DNA of 64,000 nt from an uncultured Planctomycetota bacterium (GCA_963849325.1 CAWKHF010000002.1:96001-160000); one strand, 5' to 3'; shown: positions 20,405 through 29,770, counted from the stretch's first letter. Notes: a model not told the origin generated them from the letters alone. A program made the numbers and translations.

Positions 20405-21982
20405 TCACGGAGGGTCAGCAAGCGACGGCACAGCGTTACACCGATCCTTAATGTTGAATATAGTACGCCTTTGGGAGCTTGGCAATCCCACTTTCTTTAC
20501 CTTAACGGGAAGAAAGCCTGTCCCCAACGGACGTTCGGCGCGAGCCAGGACGGCGGCTCGTTGTTCCGCCGCCGCGGCCCGGGCCGACTGGATGTCCTTG
20601 TCGGTGAACTTGACGCCGATGACGGCCGTGGTGGAGTATTCCTTGTCCTCGATTTTCATCAGGCCGCGGCGGACGCGCACCCGCCAGAACAGCGTCCCAT
20701 GATACGGCTCCTTGACCTTCTCGCCTCGGTTCTCGCCGAAAAGGGTGAGCACCGCCCTGGGATCCTGACCGTCGGTGCAGACGAAGAATTCCTTCTCCTC
20801 ACCGGGCTGGAGGAGTTCCGGCTCGAACGGCTTACGGCCCTGGACCCACTCGCGGCGCTCCTTCTTCGTGCCGCGCGGCAACCATTTGGCCGGTCCGCCG
20901 TAGAAACGATGGTCGCCGGCCTGCAGCTGGGTCAAGGGCGGGTCCATGCCGGCTTTCCAGTAGCGGTCGAAATAATTGTCCAGCGGCGCGAAGGCATACT
21001 CCGACGAGAGGTTTTTCATCGACAGATACAAGACCAGCGAATCGCCGGTGCAGGGTTCGGGCCTTTCGGCGCCTTCCACGAAGACGCTGACGCGCTGACG
21101 TTCCACCCGTGTGGGAGTCACTTGCAGCTCGCCGATGCGGATCGACTCTCCTCTTTTCTTGTCCAGCGCTGTGATCAAATGAGGCGGCAGCGGCGCGGTG
21201 GCGAATTTCGAGTCGTAGTGATAGACGCGGCTGACCTTCTTGCCTTTCTGGACGCCGGGATTGTCGCCTTCGTCGGGCATCATCTCGAAACGGTTGTGCA
21301 GTTTTTGCTCGAGCTCACGCTCATGCCTGTAGAGAAGGACGGCGAAGATGGTAATGACGATGGAATACAGCAGAAGAGGACTGAAGACGAGGATCAGGAA
21401 CCAGGGCGTGCCGGACTCAGCGTGCCGGAGCGGCCGAGGAGCGGACGGAGCGGAGGGGCCGCCGAGCGACTCCGGCTCGGCGGGCGTTGCCGGAGGAGAG
21501 GGCGGCAACGCCTCGGTGATGGTGCCGGTCATCCAGGGCGCGTCGCTGCTGGCCGACGGGAGAATGGCTGTCCCGTCGTCGCGGAAGGGTGACGGCGGCG
21601 CCGCATCCGGCGGCCACAATGGCACGGTCGAGGTCACGGTCGGTTCCGGCAGGGGTTCGGGAGGTCGAACCGAGCTATCCGCCAGGGTCGGCGCGAGCAG
21701 GTCGAGAGGCGGCATCTCGATGCGCGGCGGCTCGGTGTGGCCGAACAGGTCGTCGCTGGGCGCGGGCGGCGAAAAGATGTCGTCGATGTCCGCGGCGGGG
21801 GTGGGCACGTGGATGATCGTCTCGCCCAGGCTGGGGGGAGGCGGAGCGGCTTCGGTCGGAGGTGGCGGCGCGATGACGACTTGCTGACAGTGCGGACAGC
21901 GCACCTGCTGGCCGATGAATTCGCTGACCACCCCCATTAGTTTGCCGCAATGGCCGCATTGAAAATGAATGGTCTGCATCAT
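20405..21982 (-). CDS. Hypothetical Zn-ribbon, Pro-rich, single-TM protein (3' end uncertain)
   Basis: FQCGHCGK...VRCPHC, Pro-rich linker, one TM, globular C-terminal domain; the tail looks like read-through. Confidence 0.7.
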   Translation of the reverse strand: MMQTIHFQCGHCGKLMGVVSEFIGQQVRCPHCQQVVIAPPPPTEAAPPPPSLGETIIHVPTPAADIDDIFSPPAPSDDLFGHTEPPRIEMPPLDLLAPTLADSSVRPPEPLPEPTVTSTVPLWPPDAAPPSPFRDDGTAILPSASSDAPWMTGTITEALPPSPPATPAEPESLGGPSAPSAPRPLRHAESGTPWFLILVFSPLLLYSIVITIFAVLLYRHERELEQKLHNRFEMMPDEGDNPGVQKGKKVSRVYHYDSKFATAPLPPHLITALDKKRGESIRIGELQVTPTRVERQRVSVFVEGAERPEPCTGDSLVLYLSMKNLSSEYAFAPLDNYFDRYWKAGMDPPLTQLQAGDHRFYGGPAKWLPRGTKKERREWVQGRKPFEPELLQPGEEKEFFVCTDGQDPRAVLTLFGENRGEKVKEPYHGTLFWRVRVRRGLMKIEDKEYSTTAVIGVKFTDKDIQSARAAAAEQRAAVLARAERPLGTGFLPVKVKKVGLPSSQRRTIFNIKDRCNAVPSLADPP

Positions 21983-22114
21983 GGCTCCCTGTATGGTTGG
22001 GCGGTTCGTGACATCCGCGGCGCTTCGCCCATCGGTCCAACACCCTTTTCGCCTCGCGCGAACGACCCGACTCGGGACCAGGGCCGCTGCGGAGGCGTTG
22101 AACCCCGAAAGTTT

Positions 22115-22497
22115 TCATGCTTGGCGAGTTAACGCACCGATCTTTGCTCGAATCCGACCAGCCGCATGTTGTTCTTCGGCTGGGTTGCAGTACATGCTGA
22201 TCCCGATATTGGCCAGCTGGAGCTTTTCCCTATCCTCAGCGGACTCCAGCCCCACGATTCGGAAAACGGCAACCTGAAGGGGCGGAGGCAGGTCGATGTA
22301 CGGTCGATCAAACAGGAGCTTGGCGAAGGCGGCAAGTTCCGGCGGCAAGTTCCTCGGCTGGGGCGGTAAGTATCGCCCAAAGGCACTCGTCGTAAGCGGA
22401 ACACGTTTGTTGAGCGTCCGCGACACTGAGGGAGCCAACCGGGCGTTGCCCATGTTGGATGACTTTGTCAGCGGCCGAACACAGCATGTTCATGGCC
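22115..22497 (-). CDS. Hypothetical protein, probably frameshifted
   Basis: Two overlapping ORFs (22308..22502 and 22115..22453) that would join near 22345; AT-richer than neighbours. Confidence 0.35.
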
Positions 22498-22498
22498 A

Positions 22499-23204
22499 TC
22501 AACCCTCAACCCGATCCCGGCTCCCGACTATTGAGCCAGCCCCCACCAATCGACAGCCGACAATGTTGGGATCTCCGCTGCCCATCGGGCCGGACTGGTG
22601 CGGCAGGACGGCCAGCAGTGGCACGTCGAGTCGCCGGCGCAGCTCCTCGACATTCGTTTCCTCCGCCACGCCTTGCACCGGCGCGGTCGCCGTCACCACG
22701 ACGCCGGCCAGTCGCAGACCGCGCCGCCGCGACGCCTCGACGGTCAACAGCGTGTGATTGAGTGTGCCGAGCGAGCGCCGCGTCACCACGATCAGTGGCA
22801 GGTCCAACTCACGCACCAGGTCGGCGACCGTCTCGCGCTCCGTCAACGGACACAGCAATCCGCCGACGCCCTCGACGAGCACCGTCATTCCACCGGCGGC
22901 GCGGCGGCGAACCGCCGCGGTCAAATCCTCCAGCTTCACGGAGGTCCCGGCGAGGCGAGCCGCCACCGGCGGCGCGGCCGGCGCGGCGAAGGTGAACGGC
23001 GTCACCGCCGCGAGATCCGCATCGCCGGCCGCCTCGGCGAGAAGGCGCGTGTCGTCGCTCCAGCGTCCCTCGGCGCCCGTCGCCACCGGCTTGCAGACGC
23101 GGAAGGAGCGTTGCTGGCGGCGCCAGAATCCGCGCCAGGCCGGCCGTCACGAAGGTCTTGCCGGCGCCGGTGTCGGTCGCGGTGAAGAACAGGCCACGCA
23201 TCAT
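22499..23204 (-). CDS. bioD: Dethiobiotin synthase; frameshift near 23110
   Basis: FFTATDTGAGKT, KPVATG, VEGVGG, LGTLNHTLLT. Confidence 0.9.
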
Positions 23205-24558
23205 CGGATCATCGCCTGGACGCAATTGTAAAGCACGTCGCCGAGACGGTCCAGCAGAGGCAGATCGATCGCCAGCGGCGGCATGACGACGACGACATCT
23301 CCCAGCGGCCGCAACAACACGCCTTGTTCGGCGCCAGCCGGCAAAACCGTGCGCCTATCCGCTCCTCGGCCGGGAAGCGCTCTTTCGTTCGCCGATCGCG
23401 CACCAGCTCGATGCCAGCCATCAGCCCCTTCTGTCGGACGTCGCCGACCACCGCGAAGTTCCGCAAGCGCACCAGGTGCGTCCGCAGTCGTTCGACCTTC
23501 TCCGGCAGCGCCGGCAGGCCGTCCGGCGCTTCCAGCAGATCGAGGCTGGCCAGGGCGACGGCGGCGCCGAGCGGGTTGCCGGTATAGGTGTGGCCGTGGA
23601 AGAACGTCCGGCCGGCCTCGGCAGGACCGAGGAAGGCATTGTAGACTTCATCGGTCGTCAGCGTCGCCGCCAGCGGCAGATAGCCGCCGGTCAAGCCCTT
23701 GGCCAAGCACAGGAAATCCGGAGCGACGTCTTCCTGCGTGCAGGCGAACATCGTTCCGGTGCGGCCAAAGCCGACCGCCACCTCGTCGGCGATGAGCAGC
23801 ACCTCATGTCGCTGCGTCACTTCGCGGACGCGCCGCAAATAACCGTCCGGCGCCGTAATCATGCCGGCCGCCCCCTGCACCAGCGGTTCGATCACCACGG
23901 CCGCCAGCGTGTCCGCGTTCCGGCACACCAGGTCTTCCAGCTCGTCGGCGCAGTCCATGCGGCAGCGCGAGCGTTCCAGACCGAGCGGGCAACGATAGCA
24001 GTAGGGAGAGGGAGCGCGCACCGTCGGGAACAAGAGCGGGGCGAAAAGGTGGTGAAAGCGGGCCACGTCGCCGACACTGACGTCGCCGAGCGTGTCGCCG
24101 TGATAGGCGCCGTGCAGGGCGAGGAAGCGCGTCTTCTCCGGACGTGGGCGCGGGCATTGCCGCCAGTATTGAAACGCCATTTTCAGCGCCACCTCGACCG
24201 CCGTGGCGCCGTCGTCGGAATAAAAGACGTGATTCAACCCCGGCGGCGCCAGCTCGACGAGGCGGCGCGCCAGCCGGATGGCCGGCACGTTGCTGAGTCC
24301 CAGCAAGGTGCTGTGGGCCACGGCGTCGAGTTGCTCGCGCAGGGCGGCGTCGAGCTGCGGCACGCGATGGCCGTGGACGTTGCACCACAGCGAGGACACG
24401 CCGTCGAGATACTCCCGGCCATCCAGGTCGATGAGGAAGCAGCCGCGCGCGGCGGCGATGACGAGCGGTTTTTCGGCGGCGTAAGCCTGCATGGGCGTGA
24501 ACGGATGCCAGACGTGCTCGCGGTCCCACTGTTCGAGCTGCTCGCGGCTGGGAATCAT
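23201..24558 (-). CDS. bioA: Adenosylmethionine-8-amino-7-oxononanoate transaminase; frameshift near 23330
   Basis: VWHPFTPM, DGVSSLWCNVHGH, AYHGDTLG, DEVAVGFGRTG, KGLTGGYLP. Confidence 0.95.
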
Positions 24559-24604
24559 GTCGTTACTATAAAGGATAGGGGAAGCAACCTCTACCCGCCC
24601 ATCT

Positions 24605-24670
24605 CCGTTTAGCCGCGACGCGCAGCGGAGCGCGGGTTGCTCCCGCGCTCCGCTGCGCGTCGCGGCTAAA
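24605..24670. repeat. REP-like palindrome, family A
   Basis: Near-identical to 3041-3109. Confidence 0.9.
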
Positions 24671-24721
24671 TAAACGCAGAGCAGGCAGGCGGAAATTACG
24701 GAACGGAAGAGCGATTCACCC

Positions 24722-24750
24722 TTGACAGTGGTTGGGGGTGCCACTACTTT
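24722..24750 (+). promoter_or_regulatory. Putative sigma70 promoter of the S10 cluster
   Basis: TTGACA-17nt-TACTTT upstream of rpsJ. Confidence 0.65.
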
Positions 24751-24804
24751 AACACTCTTCGCTACGAAGGGATGAGGACGGCATAACGACGCGAGGAGTC
24801 AGCG

Positions 24805-25149
24805 GTGGCGGGCCAGAATTTTACGAGTGAACGCATCCGCATTCGGATGGAAGCCTACGATCACGAAGTGCTGGATCGCACCGCGCAGGAGATCGTGGAC
24901 ACGGCGGAAAAGACCGGCGCCATGGTGCATGGCCCGATTCCTCTGCCGACCCGCATCGAACGGTACACCGTGCTGCGGAGTCCGCACATTGACCGCAAAT
25001 CGCGCGAGCAGTTTGAAATCCGCACGCACAAGCGTTTGGTGGACATTCTGCAGCCGACCGGCAAGACCATCGAAGCGCTCAACAAGGGTCTGAGCCTGCC
25101 GCCCGGCGTGGACATCAAGATCCGCGTCCTGGCCGGGACGGCCTCCTGA
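24805..25149 (+). CDS. rpsJ: 30S ribosomal protein S10
   Basis: [39 protein letters not shown]. Confidence 0.97.
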   Translation: MAGQNFTSERIRIRMEAYDHEVLDRTAQEIVDTAEKTGAMVHGPIPLPTRIERYTVLRSPHIDRKSREQFEIRTHKRLVDILQPTGKTIEALNKGLSLPPGVDIKIRVLAGTAS

Positions 25150-25286
25150 GCGCGGCCGACTCGTCTCGATCCATTGGCGTGCCGCGAAACGGTCCCTCGA
25201 CTGGGGGATGCGTCGGGCCGAGTAATAGCGGCGACACGTTTGCGGACTGGCATTTCCTCCGAAGACGTTCGGAGGAGGGTTGAAAC
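25150..25286 (+). promoter_or_regulatory. Candidate structured cis-regulatory RNA between rpsJ and rplD
   Basis: Several hairpins, including TCCTCCGAA-GACG-TTCGGAGGA (25255-25276) covering the rplD SD. Confidence 0.45.
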
Positions 25287-25937
25287 ATGCTGACATTGAA
25301 CGTTTACAATCGGCAGGGCGATTCGGTCGGCACGGTGCAGGTGGACCCCGACGAGTTCGGCGGCACCGTCAACAAGCAACTGCTGCACGACGTTGTCGTG
25401 ATGCACCTGGCCAACCAGCGTGCCGGCACGCACTCGACGCTGCGGCGCGGCGAGGTGTCCGGCAGCACCAAGAAACTGTTCCGCCAGAAGGGCACCGGCA
25501 ACGCCCGCGTCGGTCCCCGGCGCACCAACAAGCGCCGCGGCGGCGGCACCAGCAAAGGTCCGAAGCCGCGCGACTACGAATATCATCTGCCCAAGAAGGC
25601 CGTCCGCGCCGCCACCCGCATGGCCATCCTCAGCAAGTTCCAGGACAACGAAGCCCTCATCCTCGACGACCTGGCCCTGACCGAGATCAAGACCAAGCAG
25701 GTCGCCGGTCTGCTCAAGGCGCTGAAGCTGCAAGGCACGACTTGCCTGGTGGGCACCAAGGACTACGACAAAAACGTGTATCTGTCGTCGCGCAACATCC
25801 CGGAAGTCGAGGTGCTGCCGGCGTCGCAGTTCAACGCCTACACCGTGCTGCGGCAAAAACGACTGCTTTTGACCCGTGCCGCGCTGGACGAGTTGCGTCA
25901 AGGCAGTTCCAAGGCCAAGAGAGCGGAAGCGAAGTAA
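25287..25937 (+). CDS. rplD: 50S ribosomal protein L4
   Basis: [31 protein letters not shown]. Confidence 0.97.
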   Translation: MLTLNVYNRQGDSVGTVQVDPDEFGGTVNKQLLHDVVVMHLANQRAGTHSTLRRGEVSGSTKKLFRQKGTGNARVGPRRTNKRRGGGTSKGPKPRDYEYHLPKKAVRAATRMAILSKFQDNEALILDDLALTEIKTKQVAGLLKALKLQGTTCLVGTKDYDKNVYLSSRNIPEVEVLPASQFNAYTVLRQKRLLLTRAALDELRQGSSKAKRAEAK

Positions 25938-25948
25938 GGGGACCCGAC

Positions 25949-26290
25949 ATGGCCAACATCCGGGAGCGCACGCGCGGGCCGAAGCTGGAAGCGTACCAGA
26001 TCATCATTCGCCCACTCATCACCGAGAAGGGCACGCACCAGTCGCAGCACAAGAGCGAGAAGCGCGAACACTGGGCGCCGGCGTACTCGTTCGAGGTCAA
26101 TCCGTGGGCGACCAAGACCGAGATCAAGGCCGCCGTCGAGGAATTGTTCAGCGTGCGCGTGGACAAGGTTCGCACGCAGAATCGTCTGGGCAAGCACCGC
26201 CGCTACCGCTTCAAGATGGGTCGGTTGTCCAACTGGAAGAAGGCCATTGTCACGCTGCACCCGGACAGCCCGGTGATCGAGTTCTTCTAA
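25949..26290 (+). CDS. rplW: 50S ribosomal protein L23
   Basis: [37 protein letters not shown]. Confidence 0.95.
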   Translation: MANIRERTRGPKLEAYQIIIRPLITEKGTHQSQHKSEKREHWAPAYSFEVNPWATKTEIKAAVEELFSVRVDKVRTQNRLGKHRRYRFKMGRLSNWKKAIVTLHPDSPVIEFF

Positions 26291-26291
26291 T

Positions 26292-26362
26292 AGCTCTCAG
26301 CGATCAGCGGTCAGCAATCAGCAAAACAAAAGCTGACCGCTGATCGCTGAGAGCTGACCGCT
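26292..26362. repeat. Heptamer hairpin element (AGCnnTC)n ... (GCTGAnn)n
   Basis: agctctc agcgatc agcggtc agcaatc agc aaaacaaaa gctgacc gctgatc gctgaga gctgacc. Confidence 0.85.
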
Positions 26363-26374
26363 TTGAGGTGAAGC

Positions 26375-27232
26375 ATGGGCATCCGCCAATACAAACCGAC
26401 GACGCCGGGCCGGCGCCAGGGATCGGTCAGCGATTTCGCGGACATCACCGATCGCAAAAAGAAGCCGGAGAAGTCCCTGCTTCGGCCCAAGCCCAAGAAG
26501 GGCGGCCGCAACCATCACGGCATCGTTTGTACCCGCTTCCGTGGCGGCGGCCACAAGCAGAGGTATCGCGTCATCGACTTCAAGCGCAAGAAGGACGGCG
26601 TTTGGGCCACGGTCGTGGCCATCGAGTACGATCCCAACCGCTCGTCGCGCATCGCCCTGTTGCAGTACGAGGACGGCGAGAAGACGTACATCCTGGCCCC
26701 CGAGGGGTTGAAGGCGGGCGATCGCATCATCAGCGGTGAGGAGGATGTCGAGCCGCGCGTCGGCAACTGCATGCCGCTGCGGAAAATCCCGCTCGGCATG
26801 ACGGTCCACAACCTGGAGATCCAGCCGGGCCATGGCGGACAGGTGTGCCGCAGCGCCGGCACCGGCGCGACGCTGACCGCCCGCGAAGGGCGTTGGGCCC
26901 AGATCACGCTGCCCTCCGGCGAAGTGCGGCGCGTCAGCTCGGAGTGCCGGGCGACGATCGGCGCGATCGGCAACGCCGATCACATGACCGTCAGCCTGGG
27001 CAAGGCCGGCCGCAAACGCTGGATGGGCCGTAAACCGCACAACCGCGGTACGTCGATGAACCCGGTCAGCCATCCGATGGGCGGCGGCGAAGGCCGCACC
27101 GCCGGCGGACGCCACCCGTGCAGCCCCACCGGCGTGCTCGCCAAGGGCGGCAAGACGCGCAAGAAACGCAAGCCGTCCAACAGCGCCATCATCCGCCGGC
27201 GCCGGCCGGGACCGCACTACGCCACGAGTTGA
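26375..27232 (+). CDS. rplB: 50S ribosomal protein L2
   Basis: [42 protein letters not shown]. Confidence 0.98.
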   Translation: MGIRQYKPTTPGRRQGSVSDFADITDRKKKPEKSLLRPKPKKGGRNHHGIVCTRFRGGGHKQRYRVIDFKRKKDGVWATVVAIEYDPNRSSRIALLQYEDGEKTYILAPEGLKAGDRIISGEEDVEPRVGNCMPLRKIPLGMTVHNLEIQPGHGGQVCRSAGTGATLTAREGRWAQITLPSGEVRRVSSECRATIGAIGNADHMTVSLGKAGRKRWMGRKPHNRGTSMNPVSHPMGGGEGRTAGGRHPCSPTGVLAKGGKTRKKRKPSNSAIIRRRRPGPHYATS

Positions 27233-27252
27233 TGTCCCGGTTTCGTGGACAC

Positions 27253-27280
27253 TGGACACGATTGGGAAACGCCCTATAAT
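27253..27280 (+). promoter_or_regulatory. Putative internal sigma70 promoter upstream of rpsS
   Basis: TGGACA-16nt-TATAAT in the rplB-rpsS spacer. Confidence 0.55.
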
Positions 27281-27305
27281 TTTTACTTCCCGCCCGGAGG
27301 GAGCG

Positions 27306-27578
27306 ATGAGCCGGTCTCTCAAAAAAGGCCCCTACGTGGACGAACGCCTGATCGCCAAGGTCGAGCGCAACCAGCGCACGGGCAACCGAGAGCCGATCAA
27401 GACGTGGTTGCGCGACTGCACGATCGTGCCCGAGTTCGTCCAGATGACGTTCCTCATTCACAACGGCAAGAACTTCCTTCGCCTGTACGTGACCGAGGAC
27501 ATGGTTGGCCACAAGCTCGGCGAATTTTCGCCAACGCGGATCTTCAAAGGGCACAGCGGCGGCAAGGGCAAGAAGTAA
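27306..27578 (+). CDS. rpsS: 30S ribosomal protein S19
   Basis: [29 protein letters not shown]. Confidence 0.98.
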   Translation: MSRSLKKGPYVDERLIAKVERNQRTGNREPIKTWLRDCTIVPEFVQMTFLIHNGKNFLRLYVTEDMVGHKLGEFSPTRIFKGHSGGKGKK

Positions 27579-27583
27579 TGGAT

Positions 27584-27655
27584 CCCGGGGTGGAGCAGTG
27601 GTAGCTCGCCAGGCTCATAACCTGGAGGTCGCTGGTTCGAGTCCAGCCCCCGGAA
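27584..27655 (+). tRNA. tRNA-Met(CAT), initiator type (fMet)
   Basis: Cloverleaf CCCGGGG TG GAGC AGTGGTA GCTC G CCAGG CTCATAA CCTGG AGGTC GCTGG TTCGAGT CCAGC CCCCGGA A; C1xA72 mismatch, A11-U24 pair; CCA not encoded. Confidence 0.93.
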
Positions 27656-27660
27656 ATGAC

Positions 27661-28029
27661 TTACGACAAATGAATGATGCCTGCGTGAAGCTTGGCGTGA
27701 CAGTTATGGCACAGGCAAACGCACTTGGCTAATTCGGCGGCGAGACGAGTGAGAGAAATAGCCCGAGCATAGGCGTTGCCAATGCTGAATTCCTTCTTAG
27801 CTGGTTCTCGGTGGTGGAAGCTCAGGCAGCAAGGTTCTTTCTCTCCGCAGAGAGTACAGCCGCCCGCCTTGGCTTCGCTGATTCGTTGCTGAATCACCAC
27901 ACGAGCTTTGGCTTTGTTCATTTGCACAGCCCGGCGTTGGGCTTGTCGGTACTCCGGATCGGTTTGATAACGGATTCGCATGTATTCGGCTATCTTGGCG
28001 CGGCGGACGACAGGATCCTTGTAAGGCAT
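27661..28029 (-). CDS. Small HNH endonuclease-like protein (phage-type, Zn-binding)
   Basis: Basic helical N-terminus, then CTLCGE...CLSFHHREP..K...ELAKCVCLCHNCHAKLH; GGAGG before ATG 28029; AT-richer codon usage. Confidence 0.85.
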   Translation of the reverse strand: MPYKDPVVRRAKIAEYMRIRYQTDPEYRQAQRRAVQMNKAKARVVIQQRISEAKAGGCTLCGEKEPCCLSFHHREPAKKEFSIGNAYARAISLTRLAAELAKCVCLCHNCHAKLHAGIIHLS

Positions 28030-28056
28030 GGGGAACCCTCCAAAATGGTTCCCCAT
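28028..28056 (-). promoter_or_regulatory. Hairpin covering the SD and start codon of the HNH gene
   Basis: Perfect 10-bp stem ATGGGGAACC / GGTTCCCCAT with 9-nt loop. Confidence 0.6.
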
Positions 28057-28133
28057 AGTATACGCGGGACAGGGGTAAAGCCTACTAGCGAAAGCCGTGT
28101 GGCCTCGGCCGCATAACGGGTGGAACGACAGTC

Positions 28134-28483
28134 ATGGAATACAAAGCCAGTCATCGTCATGCCGACATGTCGCCGCGGAAGATTCGGCCGTTCGCCACGC
28201 TCATCCGCGGCCGCTCCGCCGACGAGCGCTGGAATTGTTGCGCTTCCTGCCCAACAAGAGCGCGCGTCTGCTGGAGCAGGTGCTCAAGAGCGCCCTGGGC
28301 AACGCCGAGGATCGCGGCGCCCGCGACATCGACGACCTTGTTGTCATCGAGTCGTGCGTGGATGGCGGGCCGATCATGAAACGGATCATGCCGCGAGCGC
28401 GCGGTACGGCATACCCGATCAAACGGCGTTATTCGCACATTCGCGTGACGCTGTCGGACCTGGAAGAAACTGCCGGGACGTAA
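28134..28483 (+). CDS. rplV: 50S ribosomal protein L22; frameshift near 28227
   Basis: MEYKASHRHADMSPRKIR, then ALELLRFLPNKSAR...VDGGPIMKR..PRARG in another frame. Confidence 0.93.
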
Positions 28484-28516
28484 GACGAACCATCAGGCGG
28501 CGAGCAGGGGAAGCTT

Positions 28517-29212
28517 ATGGGACAGAAGATTCGACCGACGGGCTTTCGTACCGGCATCATGGTCGATTGGCTGAGCCACTGGTACGCCAGCAAGCAGGAC
28601 TTCTCGGACCTCCTCATCGAGGACACGAAGATCCGCAAGTTCGTCAAGAAGCGTTACGGCGGCTCGGGCATCTCGAAGATCCGCATTCAGCGGACGCGCG
28701 AAAAGGTGACGGTGTTCATTCACTCCGCTCGCGTCGGCATGATTATCGGCAAGAAGGGCCAGGAAGTCGATAAGCTCACCAAGGACCTGGAAAACCTGAC
28801 CGGCCGCCACATCGAAGTCAAGACGATGGAGGTCAACCGGCCGGAGAGAGACCCGCAGTTGGTGGCGGAAGACATCCGCGAGCAGTTGCAGAAGCGGGCC
28901 AGCTTCCGGCGGACGATGAAGCGGGCCATCGACACAACGATGGAGGCGGGGGCCAAGGGCATTCGCATCCAGATGTCCGGCCGGCTGGGCGGCTCGGAAA
29001 TGGCTCGGACGGAGAGCAGCATGGCCGGCAGCATCCCGCTGTCCACACTGCGGGCCAAGGTCGAATACGGCTTTGCCGAGGCCAGGACCGCCCAGGGCCA
29101 CATCGGCATCAAGGTGTGGGTCAACAATGGCGATTACCTGTCGCCCGAAGAGCCGAGCGAGGCCGCTCCGCCGCCGCCACGCGGACGCGGACGCGGACCC
29201 AGACGCGGTTGA
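28517..29212 (+). CDS. rpsC: 30S ribosomal protein S3
   Basis: MGQKIRPTGFRTGI, IIGKKG, SGRLGGSEMAR. Confidence 0.98.
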   Translation: MGQKIRPTGFRTGIMVDWLSHWYASKQDFSDLLIEDTKIRKFVKKRYGGSGISKIRIQRTREKVTVFIHSARVGMIIGKKGQEVDKLTKDLENLTGRHIEVKTMEVNRPERDPQLVAEDIREQLQKRASFRRTMKRAIDTTMEAGAKGIRIQMSGRLGGSEMARTESSMAGSIPLSTLRAKVEYGFAEARTAQGHIGIKVWVNNGDYLSPEEPSEAAPPPPRGRGRGPRRG

Positions 29213-29231
29213 GCGAACCGAGCCGCGATCA

Positions 29232-29289
29232 TCCGAGCCGCGACCGTCAGGGAGCGGTTGTTCCCGCTCCCTAACGGTCGCGGCTCGGA
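29232..29289. repeat. REP-like palindrome, family C
   Basis: tccgagccgcgaccgtcagggagcgg ... ccgctccctaacggtcgcggctcgga. Confidence 0.85.
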
Positions 29290-29326
29290 CGGTCGCGGTT
29301 TCAGACAGAAGCGGAGGAGAACCATC

Positions 29327-29752
29327 ATGCCCCTGATGCCGAAGCGGGTCAAGTTCCGCAAAACGCAGCGCGGCAAGGTACGCGGCAACGCCTGCCGCGG
29401 CAACACGGTCAGCCACGGCGATTTCGGTCTGCAAGCCATCGAGGGCGGCTGGCTCAGCGCCGAGGCCATCGAGGCCGGCCGTATCACCGCCACGCACTCG
29501 GTGCGTGGCGAGGGTCGGCTGTACATCCGCGTCTTTCCGCACAAGTCGGTGACGGCCATCCCCGCCGAGACGCGCATGGGCAAGGGCAAGGGCGAGCCGG
29601 AATACTGGGCGGCGGTCATCAAGCCGGGCATGATCCTGTACGAGATCGGCGGTCTGCCGGAGGCGGCGGCCCGCGACGCCCTGGCCCGCGTCGCCTACAA
29701 GATGCCGTTCCGCTGCCGTTTCGTGTCGCGGCGGCCGACTGTCGGACGATAA
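29327..29752 (+). CDS. rplP: 50S ribosomal protein L16
   Basis: LMPKRVKFRK.QRG, IRVFPHKS, RMGKGKG. Confidence 0.97.
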   Translation: MPLMPKRVKFRKTQRGKVRGNACRGNTVSHGDFGLQAIEGGWLSAEAIEAGRITATHSVRGEGRLYIRVFPHKSVTAIPAETRMGKGKGEPEYWAAVIKPGMILYEIGGLPEAAARDALARVAYKMPFRCRFVSRRPTVGR

Positions 29753-29770
29753 CGCGAGGGAGAGGGACCG

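Noticed and set aside
27661-28029. IscB/HEARO-type RNA-guided nuclease
   Set aside because: Only 122 aa, with no PLMP or RuvC motifs and no room for a long associated RNA
27656-28133. Group I intron, or prophage/integrative element at the tRNA
   Set aside because: The tRNA and both flanking genes are uninterrupted by it; I found no convincing P7 core, integrase or att duplication (an Infernal scan would settle the intron question)
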